Origin: Mytilus galloprovincialis
Taxonomy: Eukaryota
Reading direction: 5' to 3'
NCBI RefSeq assembly: GCF_965363235.1
Contig: NC_134847.1
Location: forward strand, 70,038,935-70,102,934
Length of the DNA stretch: 64,000 nucleotides
A program made the translations under genes and the position numbers. The first letter of the stretch is position 1; each line of letters opens with the position of its first letter. Under the pieces are notes generated by a model. It searched no databases and had not been told where the DNA came from. It worked only from the letters and a program-made list of their open reading frames with translations. Positions 12,201 through 24,480 of this stretch are shown one piece after another.

Positions 12201-15200
12201 TTCAATGAAGGGGGGCCTTACATGAAGATGTAGTATTTTCCAGCAATTTTAAACTTGTGAAGCTTTTTGGTTATAAATCATCCTTACATATGTATTGAAA
12301 GTACTTTAAATGGAAAGAAAAGTTACAAATAACATATCATATTAGTTTAAAAGGGTCTTAGGCCAGGTAAGACTGGAAAAAAATTAGGGTCAATTTAGGC
12401 CGTGCACATATTTACATTTAAAAATGCAAATTGAGGCTATAAGAAATAAAAATTTGTGTCTTTTTTATCATTTCTATACTCATGTGACATGATACAACAA
12501 ATCTGAGCACAAAAAGACTCTTGCAATTAACTTTTCTTACAAACAGTATGGTCTGATACAAAGATTTTTGCCTTTTTAGGGAAAAACTTGCATGCAATTT
12601 ATTCTCAACAGGCTTATATTTAAACCACTTGCTATCCTACAGAAGAAAAGAAAGATATTATGTGAAATGGAACAGGTACAATAGACATTTTAAAGTGCTT
12701 TTGATACAAATTTAGTGAGGTCTTTATTAAGGACTTCAAATTTTATGTACCAAGCTCCCCACTTTTGACTTCATCCAAACAGGGCGTTAGACAAGGGTCA
12801 TTTATTCAACACATTTTGCACATATTATCTGAGATAATCTTCTTTTCTGTAGATTCAGAGTTCATAAATAAGTAAAAGAACTAGATAAAGGCATAGAAAC
12901 ACAAATATTGACACATGAAAACCTGTCAGATAGAAAGTCAGGATGCCATTTATGCATCAATATTGAAAAAGCTATAAATGCCTATTTTGAACATAAAATG
13001 CCAAAATTGGTCATTTTTGCAGAAATTCTATAAAATAAAAGTTTAAATCCTTTAGTTTCATGCTATTTGACAAATTGAAACCATCAAATCATTTAGGGAA
13101 GTTGCCAAAGTACAGATTCTATATTTACAGATTTCACCTCTTAGGATAGAAAGAGTTGATAAATCTTATAACAACTTGGTATGACCAAAGCTTAAGAAAT
13201 TATAACACTGCTTACAACGTTTCATGACAATAGGATGTATATTAAAGACAATAAGTTAAGTTCTATACTCATCTTTGCGTGTAAAATTTTGACGTTAAAA
13301 TTGAAAAATTTCAACTATCAACATTTGGGGCTTTAAAATTCAAAATATTGCAAAAAAATACTTTTTAAATGCCTTAATAAATAACTTATCATGTACTAAA
13401 AGCAATAGAGTACTCATTTGATTCATCAGACTTGGCATAATTATTCAAAAGTCAAATTTATATGAGCCTGCGCCTAAAAATGGAGGTTTTTCAATGAAGG
13501 GGGGCCTTACATGAAGATGTAGTATTTTCCAGCAATTTTAAACTTGTGAAGCTTTTTGGTTATAAATCATCCTTACATATGTATTGAAAGTACTTTAAAT
13601 GGAAAGAAAAGTTACAAATAACATATCATATTAGTTTAAAAGGGTCTTAGGCCAGGTATGACTGGAAAAAAATTAGGGTCAATTTAGGCCGTGCACATAT
13701 TTACATTTAAAAATGCAAATTGAGGCTATAAGAAATAAAAATTTGTGTCTTTTTTATCATTTCTATACTCATGTGACATGATACAACAAATCTGAGCACA
13801 AAAAGACTCTTGCAATTAACTTTTCTTACAAACAGTATGGTCTGATACAAAGATTTTTGCCTTTTTAGGGAAAAACTTGCATGCAATTTATTCTCAACAG
13901 GCTTATATTTAAGCCACTTGCTATCCTACAGAAGAAAAGAAAGATATTATGTGAAATGGAACAGGTACAATAGACATTTTAAAGTGCTTTTGATACAAAT
14001 TTAGTGAGGTCTTTATTATGGACTTCAAATTTTATGTACCAAGCTCCCCACTTTTGACTTCATCCAAACAGGGCGTTAGACAAGGGTCATTTATTCAACA
14101 CATTTTGCACATATTATCTGAGATAATCTTCTTTTCTGTAGATTCAGAGTTCATAAATAAGTAAAAGAACTAGATAAAGGCATAGAAACACAAATATTGA
14201 CACATGAAAACCTGTCAGATAGAAAGTCAGGATGCCATTTATGCATCAATATTGAAAAAGCTATAAATGCCTATTTTGAACATAAAATGCCAAAATTGGT
14301 CATTTTTGCAGAAATTCTATAAAATAAAAGTTTAAATCCTTTAGTTTCATGCTATTTGACAAATTGAAACCATCAAATCATTTAGGGAAGTTGCCAAAGT
14401 ACAGATTCTATATTTACAGATTTCACCTCTTAGGATAGAAAGAGTTGATAAATCTTATAACAACTTGGTATGACCAAAGCTTAAGAAATTATAACACTGC
14501 TTACAACGTTTCATGACAATAGGATGTATATTAAAGACAATAAGTTAAGTTCTATACTCATCTTTGCGTGTAAAATTTTGACGTTAAAATTGAAAAATTT
14601 CAACTATCAACATTTGGGGCTTTAAAAATCAAAATATTGCAAAAAAATACTTTTTAAATGCCTTAATAAATAACTTATCATGTACTAAAAGCAATAGAGT
14701 ACTCATTTGATTCATCAGACTTGGCATAATTATTCAAAAGTCAAATTTATATGAGCCTGCGCCTAAAAATTGAGGTTTGTCAATGAAGGGGGGCCTTACA
14801 TGAAGATGTAGTATTTTCCAGCAATTTTAAACTTGTGAAGCTTTTTGGTTATAAATCATCCTTACATATGTATTGAAAGTACTTTAAATGGAAAGAAAAG
14901 TTACAAATAACATATCATATTAGTTTAAAAGGGTCTTAGGCCAGGTAAGACTGGAAAAAAATTAGGGTCAATTTAGGCCGTGCACATATCTACATTAAAA
15001 AATGCAAATTGAGGCTATAAGAAATAAAAATTTGTGTCTTTTTTATCATTTCTATACTCATGTGACATGATACAACAAATCTGAGCACAAAAAGACTCTT
15101 GCAATTAACTTTTCTTACAAACAGTATGGTCTGATACAAAGATTTTTGCCTTTTTAGGGAAAAACTTGCATGCAATTTATTCTCAACAGGCTTATATTTA

Positions 15201-15719
15201 AACCACTTGCTATTCTTCAGAAGAAAAGAAAGATATTATGTGAAATGGAACAGGTACAATAGACATTTTAAAGTGCTTTTGATACAAATTTAGTGAGGTC
15301 TTTATTATGGACTTCAAATTTTATGTACCAAGCTCCCCACTTTTGACTTCATCCAAACAGGGCGTTAGACAAGGGTGTTTTATACAACACATTTTGCACA
15401 TATTATCTGAGATAATCTTCTTTTCTGTGGAGTCAGAGTTCATGAATAAGTAAAAGAACTAGATAAAGGCATAGAAACACAAATATTGACACATGAAAAC
15501 CTGTCAGATAGAAAGTCAGGATGCCATTTATGCATCAATATTGAAAAAGCTATAAATGCCTATTTTGAACATAAAATTCCAAAATTGGTCATTTTTGCAG
15601 AAATTCTATAAAATAAAAGTTTAAATCCTTTAGTTGCATGCTATTTGACAAATTGAAACCATCAAATCATTTAGGGAAGTTGCCAAAGTACAGATTCTAT
15701 ATTTACAGATTTCACCTTA
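9273..15719. repeat. Tandem satellite, monomer 1289-1291 bp, 5.0 copies, ~97-99% identical
   Basis: The unit start taggatagaaagagttgataaatcttataacaacttggtatgac recurs at 9273, 10562, 11853, 13142 and 14431. The array ends at ..gatttcacct 15717. No ORF is conserved across monomers. The array is bounded by inverted junctions gtggtctcggacctaatagg (left) and taataggtccgagaccacaatt (right). Confidence 0.9.
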
Positions 15720-16699
15720 ATAGGTCCGAGACCACAATTATTTCGTAGTGCATTTCTTTTAGAACATAAATGAAAATAAAAAAAATCCCACCTCGCTTTC
15801 TCAAAGAAACTTTTACAGTGTGTTGTACTACTTTTGGGACAAATTGTATCAAAATTATAGAAAACTTCATCGGCTTTAACCCAAAATATGGACAATTTTA
15901 TGTTTAGGGCGTCTTGAAATCTTTTGACAGCTTCCGAAGTGCTAATTTTCAACCTATTTCACCTTGACCAAATCACTACTTTCCTTTAAAATTCTGGACC
16001 CAAATTTTTTTACAGTGTAATTTCACCCCCTACTTGCAATTTGAGGCATTAAACATGGAGAAATAAATTTGGAAGGGGTATAAAAATTAATGGCAAGTAA
16101 CCCACTGTCAACACTAGGGACTATATTCGGACCAACTGTTTAGTATGCGGCACATATGTACAAATGTTTTTTATCTCACGTTTGCTGAAGCCGGGTATCA
16201 CCTGCATGTGTTGGTTTCAGAATGTTACCTGAGATAACATACTGAATGTGCAAAAAGATTTATGCAAATAGATACCTTAAAGATTCTAAATATTTATTAA
16301 TGTGCTTTCAATTTGCTATTGCTATGTTCAATAAGTAATTTTCTTTATTCATATAAATTTCCTCAAATATGTAAAACAACGTATACGCAATAACAGGAAA
16401 ACTGTACAAAATGTCCCAATGCTACAAACAAACAAAAAATGAAAAAAATACATGTTGTCATCTGACCGTGACCTCATTTTCATGATTCAATGATCTATGT
16501 TAACTTTTGTGTTTATGAAGAAGGTCTTTGCAACCAAGAGCATAGTAACGTGTTTGATAAAGTGCATACACTACAACTAAAGCCTCACCTTCAAAAGGAG
16601 CATACCTACTTTCAGCCAGACATAATTTTCAACCATCATTAAAACAGTTGGGGGTTTACTAGAGCACTGATAGTACTTCTGAATGAAGCAGTACATAAT

Positions 16700-16900
16700 T
16701 CAGTCAACAGACCAGTCGGTAGCTGGGCATGTCATACGAACAGGGTCATAAAGACGAACACCTTCCTTCATCTCCTGAATAATGATCTCTTTGGATTGGT
16801 GAAATACTTCATCTAGGTCATTTGTCCAGCAGAAGATTATTGGTGGTTTCAATAGAGCCCGAAATGGTTTTATTTCTCTTGCCATGGCAAATGCATATGC
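16700..16900 (-). CDS. Candidate coding exon or terminal exon of unknown identity on the minus strand, ..GFINQGAYAFAMAREIKPFRALLKPPIIFCWTNDLDEVFHQSKEIIIQEMKEGVRLYDPVRMTCPATDWSVD*
   Basis: Protein-like, non-repetitive ORF of mixed composition with no low-complexity stretches. It is not part of any repeat family seen in the window. Product not recognised. Confidence 0.25.
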   Translation of the reverse strand, partial: AYAFAMAREIKPFRALLKPPIIFCWTNDLDEVFHQSKEIIIQEMKEGVRLYDPVRMTCPATDWSVD

Positions 16901-17470
16901 TCCTTGGTTGATAAACCCAGAACAAGCTCTTGCACCAGGAATTTAAGATGCTGTTGGGAAGTTGCTTATTGCATCTTGGAAATTGGTACTTTGTCGTTTA
17001 TATGTTGGGTGTTCGCGAGTCCTTCAAATTTTACATTGTCTTGAGTAAATTGAAACTTCCTCAGGTTTAATGTAATACTATTACAAGCACACACGTCAAG
17101 CCCTTAGATTTCGCTTCTTGAAATAAAAGACTTTATTTTGCAGAGTATATTAATCATGTATATTGGTTTTTAAAACTATCTTTTAAGGCAGTTTGCATAT
17201 GTCTATGGACATTCTCTTGTAAACTATTTTGCAAGGCTATTTTGCTGATTTCTGATTAAATGCATTCAACAGAATGTACAATATTATATTCTACTCTAAT
17301 AACAGTTACAGTATGCATAAGATGAGCTTAAACATTTTTACTTTTCTATTGTAGGCAAAAAGACCATGGTATCATATGTAAATAGGGGAATTGACTGTCT
17401 GATTTTCGTGATCTGTTAGGAATTGAACGAAAGAACATCCGTGGAGATACAAGATTCATACAGTTTTCAC

Positions 17471-17557
17471 CATGAATCCCCTATGCTGTCTCATTGTCGT
17501 GCTTTGTCTGTGTTTGCTGATAATGTGTAATTTGGAATTTACAAATAAAATAGGTAT
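17471..17557 (+). CDS. Candidate first exon encoding a signal peptide (MNPLCCLIVVLCLCLLIMCNLEFTNKI), ending at the donor ATAG|gtatga
   Basis: ATG is followed by a hydrophobic core and then a consensus GT donor. The exon ends with one extra base, which is phase-compatible with the candidate exons at 21944-22068 and 23689-24003. Confidence 0.25.
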
Positions 17558-18969
17558 GATAAAAGCTAGAATTTATTCCTAGAAATTACAAAAAAAAGTT
17601 AGATTAGTCAACCTTTTTAAAATCAATTGTATATCCCGCCTATACTAGTAGAGGGACAATTTGTTAAATGGTCTGTGTTTAGTCTGTCTTTCTTACAGTA
17701 CGATGAAATTTGCATTTAAATTTTCTAAGGAACTACAAATCTGAGCTTCCAGAAGTTTTGTATTTCAATGAATAATTTATTAAATTTGACAATTTGAGCT
17801 TGGTTGATAATTTTTCATAACATTTACTCCGAATCTACACCTCAGAGCTTTTTGAAACTTGTTATCAAGCTTCACATTAACATGATTTACTGTTGGTGCT
17901 ATTTTAGATTCATGCTTCATCTACTAATGGTTTATAAAATACTGACATATTCGAAAGGAAGACATAAAAGCCATGAATGAAATGACTTGGTTCACTATTA
18001 ATTTCAAAGTTAAGGCCCAAAAAATCTGAAAAAAAAATTCACTGCGTTAACGTATACGTATTGAAACTTGACTTAACATTTTTTTTAAATGTCCAATTGT
18101 TTCAGTAAAATATATGTGCTCACCAACTGTATCATTAGTGACGTGATTTAGACGTCATAATGAGTAGAAATTTCGTTGGCACTATTTTGCAAAATTAATG
18201 GCAGTTTCTGAAAAATTAACAGTCATGTGGCGACACCTTTCACAAATACAAAATCATGAAAAAAGGTGGAAAAATTGACAAATATTAGAATAAATTGACG
18301 AAAATTAAATCTATTCGTATTACAGATCAATATAAAGCAACTACACAATTTTCGTTTTATACTTTTACGTATCATTTATTTACCAATGCACATGCCGATT
18401 AAATTTACTGTACTAATTGAAGTTAAAAATAACTTTCACATGGCCGTTATTACGGATCCGGGCTCGTCTATTTTTATGGTCCTATGTTTTTTTTATATCA
18501 TAACACACCTTTTGCAGTGTTTGGAAATCTATTTATATATTACACCTTACGTCAATTTAATAGTGACGTTAAATTGTTGTAGGGTTTTCCCTATGACACT
18601 GTTTGAAGTTAATAGATTTAGTCTTTGGATTAAGCTTTCAGATCAAGAAATGGCATAATTTAGCATTAACCGATAAAAACATCAGAACTACTAACCAAGA
18701 TGAGATTTTTTACCATTTTTTAGCTTTTTAAAATAAAACTTGAAATATAAAAGATAAAGAGAATCTTTGTTGATGGTAAAAACAATGAGAACAAAAACAA
18801 CAATTTACAAAAAACTCTGACGAAAACTAAAGACTGAGCAACACAAAACCTAATACTGGGTTGAACTCTTCATTATCATGATTATACTGGAACATTTTTT
18901 AAGTGTAAAAACTATGAATATCGTTAAATTTAGACAAATATCAATATGGCACATTTGTTCTAGATGGGT

Positions 18970-20488
18970 ATGGCACGCCGTTATTATATTTATTCAATTT
19001 CGAGATATCTTATTTAGTTAAATAAGATATCTTATAAACTAATTGAGATATCTTAATAACAAAATGAGATATCTTATATATTAATTGAGATATCTGATTT
19101 ATTAAATAAGATATCTGATTTATTAAATAAGATATCTTATATATTAAATAAGATATCTTATTAAAATGTTTATAAAGATATCTTATTAAATATATAAGAT
19201 ATCTTATTTAAAATATAAGATATCTTATTAATTAATAGAGATATCTTATTAACTTATAGAGATATCTTAAAAACTAATAGAGATATCTTATAAACTTTTA
19301 GAGATATCTTATTAACTTATAGAGATATCTAATTAACTTATAGAGATATCTAATTAACTTATAGAGATATCTTATAAACTAATAGAGATATCTTATAAAC
19401 TTTTAGAGATATCTTATTAACTTATAGAGATATCTAATTAACTAATAGAGATATCTTATAAACTTTTAGAGATATCTTATTAACTTAAAGAGATATCTTT
19501 TTTAATTGGTTATACAGATATCTTATTTAATATATAAGATATCTCCATAAGTTAATAAGATATCTTTATTAGTTTATAAGATATCTCTATTAATTAATAA
19601 GATATCTCTATTAGTTTATAAGATATCTCTATTAATTAATAAGATATCTTATATACTTTATAAGATATCTTATTAATTAATAGAGATATCTTATTAACTT
19701 AAAGAGATATCTTATAAACTAATAGAGATATCTTATAAACTAATAGAGATATCTTATAAACTAAAAGAGATATCTTATTTACTTTCAAATTAAATAAGAT
19801 ATCTTATAAAGTATGTATTTAAAAGATATCTTTATAAAGAAGTAAGATATCTTATATACTTTATAAGATATCTTATTAATTAATAGAGATATCTTATTAA
19901 CTTATAGAGATATCTTATAAACTAATAGAGATATCTTATAAACTTTTAGAGATATCTTATTAACTTATAGAGATATCTAATTAACTTATAGAGATATCTT
20001 ATAAACTAATAGAGATATCGTATAAACTTTTAGAGACATCTTATTAACTTAAAAAGATATCTTATTTAATTGGTTATAAAGATATCTTATTTAATATATA
20101 AGATATCTCCATAAGTTAATAAGATATCTCTATTAGTTTATAAGATATCTCTATTAATTAATAAGATATCTTATAAAGTATGTATTTAAAAGATATCTTT
20201 ATAAAGAAGTAAGATATCTTATATACTTTATAAGATATCTTATTAATTAATAGAGATATCTTATTAACTTATAGAGATATCTTATAAACTAATAGAGATA
20301 TCTGATAAACTAATAGAGATATCTTATTCACTTTCAAATTAAATAAGATATCTTATAAAGATTAAAGATATCTTATAAAAATTAAAGATATCTTATAAAA
20401 ATTTAAGATATCTTAATACTTAATAAGATATCTTGTTAAATAAATAAGAAATCTTCAAATTTGAATAAATATAAAAACGGCGTGCCAA
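18970..20488. mobile_element. Non-autonomous DNA transposon (~1.5 kb) with ~30-bp TIRs ((a/t)tggcacgccgtt.ttatatttattc) and an 8-bp TSD AGATGGGT (18962-18969 and 20489-20496). The TSD length is hAT-like.
   Basis: The left terminus atggcacgccgttattatatttattc and right terminus gaataaatataaaaacggcgtgccaa are reverse complements. An identical 8-mer, agatgggt, immediately flanks both ends. Confidence 0.55.
18995..20460. repeat. AT-rich minisatellite of ~21-bp units built around the palindrome AGATATCT (e.g. agagatatcttattaacttat), with a ~370-bp higher-order periodicity. It fills the interior of the TIR element.
   Basis: Dozens of (a/t)agatatct(t/a) cores occur at ~21-bp spacing. Longer blocks recur at 19790/20158 and 19826/20200. 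Confidence 0.85.
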
Positions 20489-21010
20489 AGATGGGTGTAT
20501 CATTCTCACTAGATTTTCTCCACAACATGTCACTACCGTGTCTGTACTATGACTTTACAAACTGAGCCATTGTGCAGACTGTTGTTGTCAATGGCCCAAT
20601 GGCATAGCTTCGGATGAGAAAAAATAGGATGTAACTGTGCTGAACTCGTTTTGACTGTGCTGATGTAACTGTGCTGACTCGTTAAATCTCGGTCTATTTC
20701 TGAAATTTATTCTTGCATTACTTTGATTTTTTAACCCTGTATGCTAACATTGCCTATGTGAAATTTTAAAATTGTTTGTATGTACATTGAACGACAAATA
20801 TATGTGACGTGTGGAATTTTCTGACGTTAGACACGCAAATCAATGAATGTATTTGTAGATAGATGTTTTTGTGTTCTGTTAAATTGTTCCTTTTGAAATT
20901 GTTACACGATGATGACTGCTGTTCCCATATTTTGACTATTTTATTTATTGTGTCTGTTTAGTTAACGCATCATTGTAAATATAACGGAATTTGATAAGAC
21001 TGTCATCAAA

Positions 21011-21215
21011 GTGAGAGGGTTAGCCCTATAGAACCACGTTTAATCTACCATTTTCTACATTTGAAAATTCCTGTTCCAAGTCAGTAATATGACAGTTCTT
21101 GTCCATTCGTTTTTGATGCGTTTTGTATTTTAATTTTGCCATGTCATTATGGACTTTCCGAATTGATTTTCCCCTAAGTTCAATATTTTTGTGATTTTAC
21201 TTTTTGTTTATGTTG
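21011..21215 (+). repeat. Copy of a ~200-bp dispersed repeat (SINE/MITE-like). Other copies lie at 38160-38350(+), 42021-42211(+), 48806-49005(-) and 60622-60840(-).
   Basis: Shared blocks gagagggttagc.ctatagaacca..ttaatc.accattttctacatttgaaaa..gtccattcgttt.tgat...ggactttccg..ttgattttcc. The ORFs 38160-38369 and 42021-42230 lie entirely inside copies. Confidence 0.6.
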
Positions 21216-21943
21216 CATAAATCGTAATGTTATATTTCAGACATTTTCAGATGTGAATTTAAGTCTACCACTGAAAGTAAAACTAATTAACTGACCCACG
21301 TTCACAGCTTTAAATTATCCAATTATTGCTGTAGAACTTATTGCAAATACTACTAAAACAATCTTAAAGGGGTACTAGCTACGAGATACGAGATATGAAA
21401 AAAATAGAATATGATTTTGTTTGGATCAATAATTACAATACGTGAAATGACGAAATAATAATACGTTTTTAGCAACCAATAATGTTCCATTTTGTCAACA
21501 TTAGCAAAGAAACATTGCTGATGAATTATTTACTTGCAGGTGAATAATTCGACCTCACTGAATCCGTATTTGTGTGGCTTTCAATTAAATCCAATAAATT
21601 GGTTAAGCATGTATAGATCGTGGTCAGCCGTTAAAATGAAAAGAATGTCAACATTGAAGCAGAAAACAAAAGTGAACATTTATGTTTATATCGGGTTATA
21701 TTACAATCGGCAGTCTTCGATGTTCATCTCGCAAGTCAAATAAATGGCGTCTAAAGTATGATTTATATTATCGCGTACATGCAGTGTTAACTGTTTAATT
21801 CAGACTTATTGTAATTTGAATTCACATTGTAGTATGTTTTAAATCAACTATGAGAATTCAAGTCAAATCGGTGAACAGAAATTTGACAGCTAGTGCCCCT
21901 TTAACAAATACATATAACTATTTAAAACTCTTTCTTATTTTAG

Positions 21944-22068
21944 GGAACCTTGAAGGAACATTGATGTACAGCAATGTCTTCATTATAGTTGTTTCAACGT
22001 TAATGATAATATTTACATTGAAGCTACCAATTTGTGATATATTATCAAACATTTATTGTGCATTAGGT
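21944..22068 (+). CDS. Candidate symmetric phase 1-1 exon encoding a hydrophobic or transmembrane-like segment (NLEGTLMYSNVFIIVVSTLMIIFTLKLPICDILSNIYCAL)
   Basis: The acceptor is ttcttattttag|GG and the donor is GCATTAG|gtgagt, which is a perfect consensus. The frame is open throughout. Confidence 0.2.
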
Positions 22069-23688
22069 GAGTACCAAGTGTTATATTGATAGAAATATAG
22101 AAGCATCATTTACATATAGTATTACATAATTTGTGTGATTGTGATATTTGTATATTATTTCAGATGTAGAATGATATGAAAAATATCATATCGATGAAAT
22201 CTACTCATCTGAAATAAGTAAAATTTGAGGGTGGGGACAGTATACTCATCTGATATACATAGACAGTCACATGGGAGATAATACCTGCTATCTGGACCAT
22301 GTTTAAAAGTGCATTGGTAACTTTGTTTTTTCTTGATTCCTGTGAGAAATGGTCAAGTGGATTTATATATTAAACGCAAATATTTAGTTTTAAGAACTAA
22401 GACATATTATTTTTCTTTTTAAACGTTTAAAAGGGTTTTTAACTATCAACTTAATTTTTACTGAATTGACTCAAATTTTCAAATTTGATTTAAAACATAT
22501 CAAAACAAATATCCAAAATATACAATGTCTAAAAAAACAATTTACAATGCATGGGCTTGATAATATACATCATCATTTCGTGAGTATTTTAGTTAAGTTG
22601 CTATCTAATTAACATGACATACAGACCTGCGAATACTGCTGTCGTTCATATAACCCGATATAAACATAAACATGATAAGCATAGATATATAATGTAATAA
22701 GATAGCGAACATGTGCACTTGGATGTTTGAAAGTCTTTTGAATTCTGATTTCTAGTTTAGGTTAAAAATATATGTTAGTCATCGTTCTTTCCTGTATAAG
22801 AATGGGTTTTAGTGGATCGAATTAGTATATCAAATGATTTAACTTTTTTTCGCTTTCAATGTTAAAATTATGCATTTAACAATTGACAAAAAAAACCTTT
22901 GTGAACATGCTCATATAGCCAACACACCCACATTGATACTGGGCAAAGGTTCATAACTCTATATAATAAAGTCAACTGATATACATTTCTTGTGGATATG
23001 TTCTCTTTATTTACCACGTTTCATGATGACATGTTCTTGTGTGGTTTCAGAGGAGTAACGCGCTGACCATCAGTTGCAGTAGTATATGTTTAGGTCACAA
23101 TTCTTAGGTCAAAGGTTCATAACTCATTGAAAAAATAACATCATAAGTGTCTCTTTGTATACACAATTACATAATATGTCATAATTGTCTATAAATTACA
23201 TAGAAGTTGCAATTACAACTCTTGCAGTAGTATATATATATTGGGGCAACATTCTAAGTTCAAAGGGTATTACTCCAAACAAAGAAATTGAATCATAATT
23301 TTCTGTCGATATGCACATCTACATATTATGTCTTTATTGTTTACAAATGTTATGAAATTTTGCTATGTGGGCCCAGAGAAGTTACAATAACAAGACCAGC
23401 CTCATTCTGACTGACGGAAGGACGGACTGATAAGTCAATGTGATGAAATCAATGATAGCAAAATGAAGACATTATTCCAAGATTTTAACACAATTTTTAA
23501 ATGCTAACCTTTAAGTTAAAGTTTATGGAGAGAACCCATAAATTTTCATGAATTGTATGTTAATTAAATTAATTGTTAATTAAAAACTTGCTGCTATAAG
23601 GCAAGACATAAATCTAAATCTGTTTTAAAGATCCCATAATTATGTTATAATTCTGTAAAACTAAATGATGTCTTTAAATGTTTTACAG

Positions 23689-24003
23689 GAATATTGTATT
23701 TGTCAACTTTAAATTCAACATATACATCCATAAATTATCTTGGACATCTGGTGTTACACATTCTAACTATGTGGAATGTGAAGTTCAAAAAAATTAACTT
23801 AAGAATATTAAAAGAGAGATTCAATCGAAGTCTAATGCATCTTTGTCACTGTTTGGAAAAAATCTATAGAAAATCTTCCCAGATCAATGGTTTAAACAGT
23901 AGAGTTACATGCATAGATGACAACATACTGATAAAGCAAGTAAACTGTTTGAACGAGGAAGATTTTGAATTGATAAATGGATGTGGAACTGAACACTTTG
24001 AAG
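23689..24003 (+). CDS. Candidate symmetric phase 1-1 exon (315 nt, 105 aa, ILYLSTLNSTYTSINYLGHLVLHILTMWNV...EEDFELINGCGTEHFE). Product unknown.
   Basis: The acceptor is gttttacag|GA and the donor is TTTGAAG|gttagc. The open frame corresponds to the ORF 23694-24008. Confidence 0.2.
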
Positions 24004-24229
24004 GTTAGCATTTTTTCCCTTAAGGTACTGCTCTTGTGATAGAATAAACATTTGATAGTGATTTGACAAAATTTAGTCCTGGTATCTGTGATGAGTTTAT
24101 TTGATGGTGATCAGAATATTTTTGTTTCAAGGAAGATTAGGTTCTTTCCATTATCTTGGATTTCAAATACTAGAAGACAATTATCCTTATGGAAATATGC
24201 GCATTTTGAGAGTAATAATGTAATTTCTT

Positions 24230-24480
24230 TGTCAAACTTTTCTATTTTGTACATGGAGATATCGTGTCACCAAATCTCCTTGCACTATGCCCGACGCGCT
24301 AGACCACTACACTACCTGGGGTCTACAATAATAAAGGTTTCGGTAATGGGTTGTTACCTTTCCTCATCTTTTTTTTTTTATCTAGCGTCATAATACACTA
24401 CATGATATATAAGGCATGCAGATGAAATCTTTTTTATCTAGCGTCATAATACACTACATGATATATAAGGCATGCAGATG
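24230..24480 (-). repeat. tRNA-derived SINE copy (ccaggtagtgtagtggtctagcg...) whose tail carries an exact 47-bp tandem duplication (24366-24412 and 24413-24480 region). A second family member lies at 24690-24830.
   Basis: Same family as the inverted pair at 63340-63860 (gcccgacgcgctagaccac..., ccgggattc.aa..c..gctactga.a.atcgtg.cacc). The repeated block is ttttttatctagcgtcataatacactacatgatatataaggcatgcagatgaaatc. Confidence 0.55.

Noticed and set aside
9273-15719. ORFs within the 1289-bp satellite (e.g. 11230-11424 and 14990-15175)
   Set aside because: They are not conserved in frame between monomers and have low-complexity AT-rich composition.
18995-20460. Regularly spaced short palindromic repeats that superficially resemble a CRISPR array
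   Set aside because: The sequence is eukaryotic and AT-rich. The units are contiguous ~21-bp minisatellite repeats without unique spacers. There is no leader and no cas genes, and the array sits inside a TIR element with a TSD.
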